The position numbers and the translations under genes were made by a program. The notes under the pieces were generated by a model. The model had not been told where the DNA came from. It made no database searches and worked only from the letters and a program-made list of their open reading frames with translations. From the NCBI RefSeq assembly GCF_000010625.1, contig NC_010296.1:1650001-1682000 (forward strand): 32,000 nucleotides of DNA, given 5' to 3'. Shown in pieces: positions 1 through 8,001 of the stretch. The stretch is from Microcystis aeruginosa NIES-843. Its GTDB lineage: Bacteria > Cyanobacteriota > Cyanobacteriia > Cyanobacteriales > Microcystaceae. Every line of letters begins with the position of its first letter. The stretch's first letter is position 1.

Positions 1-78
1 ACAATTATTTGTAGGATGGGTTAGCGGTAGCGTAACCCATGCGGGCGTTGGGTTTCATGCTTCAACCCAACCTACGTT
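1..78. repeat. Dispersed ~78-bp repeat (family C), copy 1; paralogue at 6313-6390
   Basis: ATTATTTGTAGGATGGGTTAGCGGTAGCGTAAC...GTTGGGTTTCATGCTTCAACCCAACCTACGTT recurs almost verbatim at 6313-6390. The 3' part can form a hairpin; the stem GTAGGTTGGGTT/AACCCAACCTAC is perfect in copy 2. Confidence 0.75.
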
Positions 79-242
79 CTTCTTTTACTATTTATTTTGA
101 CTAAACATTAGTTTTAAGTCGCGGGTAAAGCCGCTGACTTTTCCAGTTTAGATTAGGTTTTTCTCTTTCCCTATCATTGTAGTGACGTAAAAACAACAAA
201 GAAAAGATTAAGGTTTTTAGTCATCATCCCTCAGCCTTGAAT

Positions 243-280
243 CAGTTATCAGTTATCAGTTATCAGTTATCAGTTATCAG
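243..280. repeat. Heptamer tandem array (CAGTTAT)x5.4
   Basis: Direct reading. The same unit recurs at 21876-21910 and inverted at 22733-22767 and 4640-4667. Confidence 0.9.
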
Positions 281-324
281 ATGTGAGTTTTCAGTTCACC
301 GATTACCGATTACAGCAAAAAACT

Positions 325-356
325 CCCCACTACCCCACTACCCCACTACCCCACTG
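325..356. repeat. Octamer tandem array (CCCCACTA)x4
   Basis: Direct reading of ccccactaccccactaccccactaccccactg. Confidence 0.9.
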
Positions 357-408
357 ATAACTGAAAAGTCTCCCCAATACCCGTTTTTACTTTCTCCTTT
401 TTACACCT

Positions 409-1443
409 ATGCTAGGAATTTTTACTCAGCTATCTCGTCCCACCAAAGTAGTGGCAATTGTCCTGGGTACTGCCCTAATTTTACCCGCCTGTGCCAATAT
501 TAATCCTCAAGACCTAAAACCAATTAAAATCGATGGTTCGAGTACCGTAGCACCAATTACCGATAAAGTTCTCGAAGATTTTAAAGCTAATACTCCTAAC
601 AAAGCTTTGGCTGATGTTAAAATTGACGCTAATATTTCAGGAACTGGCGGCGGTTTTAGAAAATTTTGTGCGGGAGAAACCGATATTAATAATGCTTCTC
701 GGCCGATTTCTGTGGAAGAATTAAAAGAATGTGATGCTAATAAGGTCAGATTTATCGAACTACCGATCGCTTTTGATGCTTTAACCGTGGTAGTCAATCC
801 CCAAAATAACTGGCTTGATGATATTTCCACCAGAGAATTAAAAACTATTTGGGAACCAGCAGCCGAGAATAAAATCAAACGTTGGAATCAAATTAATCCC
901 GCTTGGACCGACCGACCGATTACCCTTCACGGGCCGGGTAAAGATTCCGGAACCTACGATTTTTTTAGTGATGTAATTAACGGCAAAGATGCCAGTCGTG
1001 GGGACTTTAATTTTAGTGAAGATGACCAAGCTTTAGTTAATGCCGTCAGTCAAGACCCCAACGCATTAGGCTATTTTGGCCATGCTTACTATGAACAAAA
1101 TCGGGATAAATTAAAAGCTTTGAAAGTTAATGGTATTGAACCAACTCGCAGCAATGTCGAGGATAGTAAATATCAGCCTTTATCGCGTCCTTTGTTTATT
1201 TATGTTAATGCCCAAAAAGCCCAAGAGAATCCCGCTTTAGAGAAATTTGTCGAACATTATCTCGATCGAGTTCCCAATTTATTAGATAATATTGGTTATA
1301 TTCCCCTACCGGATGAGGCCTATCATTTGGCAAGGGTACAGTTGCAAAAATTTGAGGTAGGAACGGTTTTTGAGGGCAAACCTCAACCCAATTTAACCAT
1401 CGGGGAATTACTTCGTAAACAAGCCCAATTTGAAGCTAAATAG
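409..1443 (+). CDS. PstS-family phosphate ABC transporter substrate-binding lipoprotein (SphX/PstS-like)
   Basis: 344 aa. The N-terminal signal has the lipobox-like ILPAC. GSSTVAPI and later type-II periplasmic binding protein motifs are typical of PstS homologues. No pstCAB genes are adjacent. Confidence 0.85.
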   Translation: MLGIFTQLSRPTKVVAIVLGTALILPACANINPQDLKPIKIDGSSTVAPITDKVLEDFKANTPNKALADVKIDANISGTGGGFRKFCAGETDINNASRPISVEELKECDANKVRFIELPIAFDALTVVVNPQNNWLDDISTRELKTIWEPAAENKIKRWNQINPAWTDRPITLHGPGKDSGTYDFFSDVINGKDASRGDFNFSEDDQALVNAVSQDPNALGYFGHAYYEQNRDKLKALKVNGIEPTRSNVEDSKYQPLSRPLFIYVNAQKAQENPALEKFVEHYLDRVPNLLDNIGYIPLPDEAYHLARVQLQKFEVGTVFEGKPQPNLTIGELLRKQAQFEAK

Positions 1444-1622
1444 GGTTTGCGGCAAAAAGTAGGGGCGAAGCATTCGGATAGAAAATCTACGGTTTCACCG
1501 ATAGGTTATTGCCCGAATGCTTCGCCCTTACAGGACTCTCAAAATCTTGCACCTGTGGGGGCGAAACAGTACCCTAAAACTCTTACCTCGTCTATATTTC
1601 ACATTTATTCAGCAAACCCTAA
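1441..1622. mobile_element. MITE-like element, family A (termini TAGGGTTTGC ... GCAAACCCTAA), copy with a long internal hairpin
   Basis: Terminal inverted repeats lie at 1441-1450 and 1612-1622. There is an internal near-perfect inverted repeat, GTAGGGGCGAAGCATTCGG (1459-1477) / CCGAATGCTTCGCCCTTAC (1513-1531). The same termini occur at 27632-27857. No ORF. Confidence 0.65.
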
Positions 1623-1819
1623 GTAACGATTCCCATCTGGTAGGAAAATATAGCGTTTCCTGTTCGCAAGAGGTACATTGTCGATGGTGAAAAGCTTAAT
1701 CAGCAAAGGTTTGACTGTGCCACACAGGTGTGAGAAACGCTATACATAAGGATTTTCCTGCTCCTATCTGCCCCCTACTATAGCAAGAGGTTTGCCAATT
1801 TAAAGCAACAGAGATACAG

Positions 1820-1844
1820 AAAAAAAAGAGGGGATAAACCCCCC
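1820..1844 (-). terminator. Candidate intrinsic terminator of nirA
   Basis: On the minus strand, about 22 nt after the nirA stop, GGGGGGTTTATCCCCTC (6-bp G/C-rich stem, 5-nt loop) is followed by a run of 8 T. Confidence 0.55.
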
Positions 1845-1866
1845 AGCGTATCGAGAAACTTGTTAA

Positions 1867-3408
1867 TTAACCTTTCGGTGTCGCCCCAAATTGTTCGATG
1901 AGGATAGAGGTTAACACCGATTTTAAGTCTTCACAGGGAATCCCTTTTTGTACACAACTTCCCAGGTGGGCATCTTTACCCACTTTACCCCCCATGTAGA
2001 GGTCAACTCCCTCCACGGTTTTGCCGTCTTTGCGCGCTTTTGTCCCCATCAAACCGATATCGGCCACTTGGGGTTGTCCGCAGGAGTTAGGGCAACCGGT
2101 CCAATGGATCCGCACACCCCGGGGGATATTTAATTCAGCATCTAACTGACTAATCAAGTCCACAGCCCTGTTTTTGGTTTCAATCAGGGCAAAATTGCAG
2201 AATTGCGCCCCCGTACAGGAAACGAGCGCTCGTTGCAAAGGAGTGGGATTGGGGGTAAACTTAGCCAGTAAAGGCTCGCTTAAAAGAGTTGGCATATTTT
2301 CAGCCGCTATATTGGGAATAATCACGTTTTGTTCCACGGTTAAACGCAATTCTCCGCTGCCATACACTTCAGCAATCCGGGCCAAATCGAACATATCATC
2401 GGCAAATAGACGACCAACGGGAACACAAAAACCGATATAGCTCAATCCCTCCTGTTTTTGCGGAAAAACTCCTAAATGATCCCGTTTTTCCCAGTCGATT
2501 GCATCTTTTTCGGCTGCCGTTGCCAAGGGATAACCTAACTGATTAGCCACCCGCGTGCGGAATTCCTCAATTCCCCACTCATCAATTAACCACATTAAAC
2601 GGGATTTTTGACGATTGGCGCGTAATCCGTTATCGCGGTAAACTTCTAAAATTGCTCGGCATAAATCCACCACTTCCTGATTCGGTCTCACCCAAACATT
2701 GATGGGAATTGCCGCTTCACAGCGTTTAGCCGAGAAAAAGCCGCCCACCACGACATTAAAGCCTAATTCTCCCTCTTTATAGGCAGGAACAAAGGCAATA
2801 TCGTTAATTTCCGCATGAACGGAGTTATCCCGTCCCCCCTCGATGGCAATATTAAATTTGCGGGGCAGATTGCTAAATTGATAATTACCTTCACCGTAGT
2901 TGGTAATCATATCTTGGACTTTTTGGACTAATTCCCTGGTGTCAATTAATTCATCCGCATCTAGTCCCGCCATGGGTGAACCGGTAATATTTCTGACATT
3001 ATCCATGCCCGATTGTACCGAAGTCATACCCACGGATTTTAGTCGTTGGAAAATATCAGGAATATCTTCGATGCGAATACCGCGTAATTGTAGGTTTTGA
3101 CGAGTAGTAATATCGGCATTACCATCATCACCGTAACGCTGCACGATTTCCCCTAAAACGCGCATTTGCTCACTGCTGAGAATGCCGTTAGGAACCCGCA
3201 AACGCATCATGAATTTGCCCGGGGTGACGGGACGATAAAACACCCCCACCCATTTTAAGCGATGTTCTAAATCGGTTTTATCCATCGCTTCCCAACCGAT
3301 TTGGGCAAAATGATCTAGTTCATCTTTAATGGCTAATCCGTCTTTTTCGGCTTTAAATTTCTCGAATTTATTGAGAGTTGTTCCATCTTTTTCAGGTGCT
3401 TGTACCAC
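1867..3408 (-). CDS. nirA: Ferredoxin-nitrite reductase
   Basis: 513 aa. The N-terminus LNKFEKFKAEKDGLAIKDELDHFAQIGWEAM...TTRQNLQLRGIRIEDIPDIF and the C-terminal siroheme/4Fe-4S Cys cluster (SCTGAQFCNFA...TGCPNSCGQ) match cyanobacterial NirA. The length fits NirA rather than the longer Sir. Confidence 0.93.
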   Translation of the reverse strand: MVQAPEKDGTTLNKFEKFKAEKDGLAIKDELDHFAQIGWEAMDKTDLEHRLKWVGVFYRPVTPGKFMMRLRVPNGILSSEQMRVLGEIVQRYGDDGNADITTRQNLQLRGIRIEDIPDIFQRLKSVGMTSVQSGMDNVRNITGSPMAGLDADELIDTRELVQKVQDMITNYGEGNYQFSNLPRKFNIAIEGGRDNSVHAEINDIAFVPAYKEGELGFNVVVGGFFSAKRCEAAIPINVWVRPNQEVVDLCRAILEVYRDNGLRANRQKSRLMWLIDEWGIEEFRTRVANQLGYPLATAAEKDAIDWEKRDHLGVFPQKQEGLSYIGFCVPVGRLFADDMFDLARIAEVYGSGELRLTVEQNVIIPNIAAENMPTLLSEPLLAKFTPNPTPLQRALVSCTGAQFCNFALIETKNRAVDLISQLDAELNIPRGVRIHWTGCPNSCGQPQVADIGLMGTKARKDGKTVEGVDLYMGGKVGKDAHLGSCVQKGIPCEDLKSVLTSILIEQFGATPKG

Positions 3409-3582
3409 GAATCTATCTCCTTACTGGTCTCTGGGTGCAATTGTTCTAGTTGGTGCGGGTTAGAAATGAAGAAATCGGGATTTAACAATAAGTATTATTT
3501 AAAATACCGTCGTCATTAGCAAAAATTTAGTAACTTACCTAGTCTCTATCTGTTATTTAATTCGTTTTAACTTGGGTAATTT

Positions 3583-3598
3583 TGTATTGTCTGTAACA
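3583..3598 (-). promoter_or_regulatory. Candidate NtcA-type site upstream of nirA (GTTN8TAC, one mismatch)
   Basis: The minus strand reads TGTTACAGACAATACA (TGT-N10-ACA; GTT-N8-TAC versus consensus GTA-N8-TAC), about 175 nt upstream of the nirA ATG. An A/T-rich -10-like stretch (TTAAATAA) lies about 23 nt downstream. No perfect TAN3T is present. Confidence 0.3.
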
Positions 3599-3645
3599 GA
3601 AATCCGTTAACCATCGTGTTTAAGGATTTATATCATGCAGTAAGT

Positions 3646-3759
3646 GCATTGAGGGGGGGTGTGGGGTCTGGGGTGTGGGGTGTGGGGTGCATTGAGGGGG
3701 GGTGTGGGGTCTGGGGTGTGGGGTGTGGGGTGTGGGGTGTGGGGTGTGGGGTGTGGGGA
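3646..3759. repeat. (GGGTGTG)n heptamer array with a higher-order duplication
   Basis: GCATTGAGGGGGGGTGTGGGGTCTGGGGTGTGGGGTGTGGGGT occurs twice in tandem, followed by further GGGGTGT units. It then runs into GAGAATAAATAAAGGCAATCTCC and the hairpin GACTCC...GGAGTC. Confidence 0.9.
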
Positions 3760-3879
3760 GAATAAATAAAGGCAATCTCCCGACTCCTGAATACTGGCTC
3801 GGAGTCTCTTGCCCTTACCTAGCGGTTCAGGGGGTATTGTGTAAAAATAAGAAAAGATCGGTTTTTTTTTACTAAACCT

Positions 3880-4518
3880 ATGGCCACTTCTTCCATTGCC
3901 GTTAGAGAATTACCTCTCTTTCCCCTACCCGAAGTTGTTTTATTCCCGGGTCGTCCTCTGCCCCTGCACATCTTCGAGTTTCGCTATCGGATTATGATGA
4001 ATACGATATTGGAAGAAGATCGCCGTTTTGGGGTCTTAATGGTAGATCCAGCCACGGGAGAAATCGCTAAAGTCGGCAGTTGTGCCGAAGTTGTCCGTTG
4101 TCAACGTCTCCCGGACGACCGGTTAAAAATTCTCACCATCGGTCAACAGCGCTTCCGTGTCCTAGAATACGTCCGGGAAAAACCCTATCGTGTCGGTTTA
4201 GTGGAGTGGATTGAAGATGTCCCCACCACCCAAGATCTGCGACCTCTGGCCAAAGAAGTGGATCGACTGCTGCGGGATGTGGTTCATCTCTCAGCCAAAT
4301 TAACCGCTCAGAAAATTGAACTCCCCGACGATTTGCCTAGTCTTCCCCTGGAATTATCCTACTGGGTGGCGGGTAATCTCTACGGTGTGGCCGGGGAACA
4401 ACAAGCTTTATTAGAAATGCTCGATACAGTCAGTCGTCTGCAACGAGAATCGGAAATTCTCACCTCGACTCGCAATCATCTGGCCGCTCGCACGGCTCTT
4501 AAAGATGCTTTAAATTAA
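3880..4518 (+). CDS. LON peptidase substrate-binding (Lon N-terminal) domain protein
   Basis: 212 aa. LPLFPLPEVVLFPGRPLPLHIFEFRYRIMM is the characteristic start of stand-alone Lon N-terminal domain proteins. Confidence 0.8.
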   Translation: MATSSIAVRELPLFPLPEVVLFPGRPLPLHIFEFRYRIMMNTILEEDRRFGVLMVDPATGEIAKVGSCAEVVRCQRLPDDRLKILTIGQQRFRVLEYVREKPYRVGLVEWIEDVPTTQDLRPLAKEVDRLLRDVVHLSAKLTAQKIELPDDLPSLPLELSYWVAGNLYGVAGEQQALLEMLDTVSRLQRESEILTSTRNHLAARTALKDALN

Positions 4519-4567
4519 TGATCTTTAGGTTTTTCAGCTTCGGGAGATGGCAGTGGCCGTCTTATTT

Positions 4568-4667
4568 CAGTGAACAGTAAACAGTAATCAGTGAACTGAT
4601 AACTCACATCTGAAAACTGATGACTGACCCACTGATGACTGACCCACTGATAACTGATAACTGTTAA
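4568..4667. repeat. Mixed heptamer array (CAGTGAA/CAGTAAT/CTGATAA/CTGATGA units)
   Basis: 7-nt periodicity by direct reading. It contains CTCACATCTG, the inverse of CAGATGTGAG at 278-287, and (CTGATAA)n, the inverse of the 243-280 array. Confidence 0.8.
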
Positions 4668-4742
4668 TCTGGGGATTACCTAATGTTTACCTTGATACAG
4701 TAAAGTGGGGTTAAAATTGTTAGCCCCTCACCCAGGAGAACT

Positions 4743-5351
4743 TTGATCATGTTGCTGACCTATAATCCCAGCGTCTCACCCTTCCGAGAAGACTATAGCG
4801 AGAGTCGTCGGCTCCATTTTTATGATCGCGGGGAAAATATTCCTCTGGTGGTTGATGGAGTCTGGCAAGTTTATCGGGGTATGGCGCAACTAAGTCAAGT
4901 ATCTGAGAGTGGAGAGGAAATTTTACTAGGCTGGGCCCATTCATCCCACTTTTTTGGCTTAAATTTGACCCATCTAGAATCCTATCACGCCAGAGCCTTG
5001 TCGGAACTGTACCTAAAATGGTACACGATCGCCGAAGTAGAAAATTCGGCGGAATTAACTAGGATGATGTTAAATCAAATGATCCGTCGTCAACAACAAA
5101 CGGAATCGCTTCTTGCGATCGCAGGACTCAAACGAGTGGAGGAACGTCTCCAGCAGTTACTACAGTTATTAAAGCGGGAAATGGGAGAACCAATCGCCCA
5201 AGGCAGTCGTTTAAAGATCCGTTTAACCCATCAAAATCTCGCCAATGCTATCGGTACTACAAGGGTAACGGTGACGCGTTTGTTAGGCGAATTTCAGCGT
5301 CAGGGAGCCGTGAGCAGCGATTGCGATCGCCACTTAATTATTCACGATTAA
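4743..5351 (+). CDS. Crp/Fnr family transcriptional regulator
   Basis: 202 aa. The C-terminal HTH is LTHQNLANAIGTTRVTVTRLLGEFQRQGAV and a cNMP-binding-like N-terminal half precedes it. The start is TTG at 4743 or ATG at 4749. Confidence 0.85.
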   Translation: MIMLLTYNPSVSPFREDYSESRRLHFYDRGENIPLVVDGVWQVYRGMAQLSQVSESGEEILLGWAHSSHFFGLNLTHLESYHARALSELYLKWYTIAEVENSAELTRMMLNQMIRRQQQTESLLAIAGLKRVEERLQQLLQLLKREMGEPIAQGSRLKIRLTHQNLANAIGTTRVTVTRLLGEFQRQGAVSSDCDRHLIIHD

Positions 5352-5352
5352 G

Positions 5353-6270
5353 TCAGTCCCCCCCCATAATAGACTCCTTGCGGAGGTCCAATAATTGCCA
5401 AGCTAATTTAGCGGCCCCCACCATCCCAGCGCGATTACCTAACTCGGCCGTTAATACCTCTAATCCTTCTCTGGAACTAGGTAACACCCGTCCTTCGATT
5501 TCTGTGAGCAGAGAGGGAAAGAAAAACTTAGCACTGGCGCTAATGCCGCCGCCGATAATTACCGCCTCTGGAGTGAGAACATAGAGTAAACTGGCGATAC
5601 CAGCCCCCAGTAAACAGCCGTAACGCTGCCAGAATTCTAAAGCCTCTCGATCGCCTTTTTCGGCCAATTCTGCCAATTGCTTCGGTTCTTTGCCGGTCAT
5701 CCGGCGAATAGCTTGCCGGGAGACGTATTGTTCCAAGGAACCCCGATTACCGCTATTGCACAATGGACCGTCAAAATTGAGGGTTATTAAGCCTAATTCT
5801 GCGGCTGTTCCCTTGCTGCCCACAAATAAGTTACCATCGAGGATAATTGCCCCTCCTACTCCCGTCCCCAAGGTCAACAGGATCAAGTTTTGAAACCGTT
5901 TGCCCGCTCCTAACCAAGCTTCCCCCAAACCGGCACAATTGGCATCATTGGCTAAAATTGTCGGCATTCCCGTACTTTCTTCTAACCAATCGGCGAGGGG
6001 AATATCCCGCCATCCTGCCAAATTAATCGCTATTTTGGCAATTCTTCCCTGAGCATCCGCCGGCCCCGGCGTTCCCACACCGATGGCTTGACAACTTTTA
6101 TCTAAATTTACTTGACAAATGCCTTGATGTATGGTAAGGGCGACTTCTTTGGGTGTAGCGGGTTGGGGAGTGGGCAAGGTGAGAGATTCGAGACAATTGC
6201 CCTCTTGGTCAAATTTACCAATTTTAATCGCAGTTCCACCTAAATCGACACCTATTACTGTTTTCACCAT
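5353..6270 (-). CDS. ROK family protein / glucokinase
   Basis: 305 aa. IGVDLGGTAIKIG is an ATP-binding motif. ANDANCAGLGE and the GTGVGGAII motifs are typical of ROK sugar kinases. Confidence 0.85.
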   Translation of the reverse strand: MVKTVIGVDLGGTAIKIGKFDQEGNCLESLTLPTPQPATPKEVALTIHQGICQVNLDKSCQAIGVGTPGPADAQGRIAKIAINLAGWRDIPLADWLEESTGMPTILANDANCAGLGEAWLGAGKRFQNLILLTLGTGVGGAIILDGNLFVGSKGTAAELGLITLNFDGPLCNSGNRGSLEQYVSRQAIRRMTGKEPKQLAELAEKGDREALEFWQRYGCLLGAGIASLLYVLTPEAVIIGGGISASAKFFFPSLLTEIEGRVLPSSREGLEVLTAELGNRAGMVGAAKLAWQLLDLRKESIMGGD

Positions 6271-6312
6271 CGGGCTTTTCTTGTTACTCTGGGAATAGCT
6301 AAGTAGGGAGGC

Positions 6313-6390
6313 ATAATTATTTGTAGGATGGGTTAGCGGTAGCGTAACATAATCGTAGGTTGGGTTTCATGCTTCAACCCAACCTACGTT
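6313..6390. repeat. Dispersed repeat family C, copy 2
   Basis: Near-identical to 1-78. It contains the perfect hairpin GTAGGTTGGGTT-tcatgcttc-AACCCAACCTAC and lies about 45 nt upstream of the glucokinase start. Confidence 0.75.
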
Positions 6391-6768
6391 CATCTTATAT
6401 TTAATTCCACCCACCCACTTAGGTTTATTATCACTCTTTTTGGCGGTTTTTTTCGCAGTTAGATGTGATCGAGAGGATAATTCGGCTAAACCGGCAAAAC
6501 TAGCTGATTGATTAGCCCCAAATTTCTCCTATACTTTGGACACCGGCAGCTTAACTCCTGATTTTGGTTCTTCGTTACTTGGTATGGTTCGATAGGGGGT
6601 CATAAATCGACTAAATCCTTATCTGGTAAGAGACTTAATTGATTAGTTCGCTCTAGATCAAAAATAATTGACAAAAATCGCTAAATGCCTTTCTATATAA
6701 GGGTTCCATCCCTTATAACCCCCGTCCATTGCATAACAATTACCGAAGAGCCCTGATTTTTACCCATT

Positions 6769-6990
6769 TTTAAGTAGGTAGGCGTTAAAAATTATCAGAT
6801 GCCCCCCTTATTAAGGGGGGATTAAGGGGGGATCGGCACCCCCCTTATCAAGGGTAGCTCCCCCCGCCTGCCTATCGGCACCCCCCTTATCAAGGGTAGC
6901 TCCCCCCGCCTATCGGCACCCCCCTTATCAAGGGGGGCAGGGGGGATCGAACCTAAAATCCATTTTTAATTTAATTATAACCAGCTACTT
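6769..6990 (+). mobile_element. MITE-like element, family B (TTTAAGTAGGTAGGCGTTAAAA ... CCCCCCTTATTAAGGGGGG palindromes ... TTTAATTTAATTATAAC), expanded copy
   Basis: It shares left and right ends with 28137-28257 and its left half with 11183-11253. An internal subrepeat of about 38-42 bp (GGCACCCCCCTTATCAAGGGTAGCTCCCCCCGCCT..ATC) is present about 3 times. Confidence 0.7.
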
Positions 6991-6993
6991 AAA

Positions 6994-7485
6994 ATGATGA
7001 ATATTACCATCCCAAATCTCTACGATAGCGATTATCAACTTTGGTTAGAGTCCACTATCAACCAATTGCGTCAAGGGGATTTTCAAGCGGTAGATTGGCC
7101 GAATTTATTAGAGGAGTTGGCAGATTTGGGAAAAAGTGAACGACGAGCATTAGAAAGTTTATTAACTCGACTTTTAGAACATTTACTGAAGTTAACTTAC
7201 TGGCAATCCCAACGGGATTATAATCAAGCTGGATGGAAAAAAGAAATTCGCAATTTTCGTATTCAGATCAAAAAAATTCTCAAAGATAGTCCCAGTTTAA
7301 AGTCCTATTTAAGGGAAATTTTGCCGGAATGTTATCTCGATGCTCGCAATCTGCTTATTGACGAAACCGAATTAGATGCCAGTATTTTCCCTCTGGAAGT
7401 GTTAGCTAGTCTAGAGGAGATTCTCGCTGAAAATTGGCTGCCGGATTGGGAAGCTATCGGCAATGATTCTGAAAAGTGCAATTAA
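6994..7485 (+). CDS. DUF29 domain-containing protein (paralogue 1)
   Basis: 163 aa. YDSDYQLWLESTINQLRQGDFQAVDWPNLLEELADLGKSERRALESLLTRLLEHLLK is the hallmark DUF29 N-terminal signature. Confidence 0.85.
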   Translation: MMNITIPNLYDSDYQLWLESTINQLRQGDFQAVDWPNLLEELADLGKSERRALESLLTRLLEHLLKLTYWQSQRDYNQAGWKKEIRNFRIQIKKILKDSPSLKSYLREILPECYLDARNLLIDETELDASIFPLEVLASLEEILAENWLPDWEAIGNDSEKCN

Positions 7486-7495
7486 GGAGTAAAAA

Positions 7496-7963
7496 ATGAT
7501 GAATATTACCATTTCAAATCTCTACGATAGCGATTATCAACTTTGGTTAGAGTCCACTATCAACCAATTGCGTCAAGGGGATTTTCAAGCAGTAGATTGG
7601 CCGAATTTATTAGAGGAGTTGGCAGATTTGGGTAAAAATAATCGACGAGCATTAGAAAGTTTATTAACTCGACTTTTAGAACATTTACTGAAGTTAACTT
7701 ACTGGCAATCCCAACGAGATTATAATCAAGCAGCATGGAAAGGGGAAATTAGAACCTTTCGGAAACAAATCAAGAAAATACTGAGAGATAGTCCCAGTCT
7801 CAAACCCTATTTATCCGAGATACTTGAGGAATGTTACAGCGATGCTCGGGAGATAATTATTGATATCACCCAATTAGATGCCAGTATTTTCCCTGTGGAA
7901 TTGTTAGCTAGTCTAGAGGAGATTCTCGATCAAAATTGGCTGCCGGATTTTCGGGAGACATAA
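7496..7963 (+). CDS. DUF29 domain-containing protein (paralogue 2, tandem duplicate)
   Basis: 155 aa. The first 78 residues are nearly identical to the upstream paralogue. It is separated from it by 10 nt carrying an AGGAG-type RBS. Confidence 0.85.
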   Translation: MMNITISNLYDSDYQLWLESTINQLRQGDFQAVDWPNLLEELADLGKNNRRALESLLTRLLEHLLKLTYWQSQRDYNQAAWKGEIRTFRKQIKKILRDSPSLKPYLSEILEECYSDAREIIIDITQLDASIFPVELLASLEEILDQNWLPDFRET

Positions 7964-8001
7964 ACAGCGATAAATCTTCCCAAGCAAACTAAAGATTAGC
8001 T

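Noticed and set aside
100-408. Pho-box (SphR) repeats upstream of the PstS-family gene
   Set aside because: Only one match to PyTTAAPyPy(T/A) was found (CTTAATCT on the minus strand near 207-214). There are no tandem boxes at 11-nt spacing, so the evidence is insufficient.
237-503. Track ORF of 88 aa
   Set aside because: It is translated almost entirely from the heptamer/octamer arrays (LSVISYQLSVI…PLPHYPTTPL) and overlaps the start of the PstS-family gene in another frame. It is a repeat artefact.
1948-3100. Antisense track ORFs inside nirA (1948-2133, 2174-2440, 2900-3100), and similar ones inside the PstS-family, PP2C, SpoIID, ktrA, ktrB, trmJ-like, beta-lactamase-like and HEPN genes
   Set aside because: They are short, lack motifs, and are fully embedded antisense to or out of frame with strongly supported genes. 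This is typical of spurious six-frame ORFs.
3492-3507. Palindrome GTATTATTTAAAATAC upstream of nirA as an NtcA site
   Set aside because: The spacing between GTA and TAC is 10 nt rather than the strictly conserved 8 nt, so it does not fit NtcA. It may be another operator, but I cannot support that.
3646-3759. Possible CRISPR arrays, here and at 243-356, 13670-13746, 14560-14693, 16541-16725 and 20087-20215
   Set aside because: The repeat units are only 7-8 nt and are directly abutting, with no unique spacers of 25-40 nt. No cas genes are present. These are short tandem repeats of the STRR type, not CRISPR.
6650-6715. A TTGACA…TATATA promoter-like pair in the 6420-6768 non-coding stretch
   Set aside because: The spacer is about 20 nt rather than 17±1, and no downstream gene or structured RNA could be identified.
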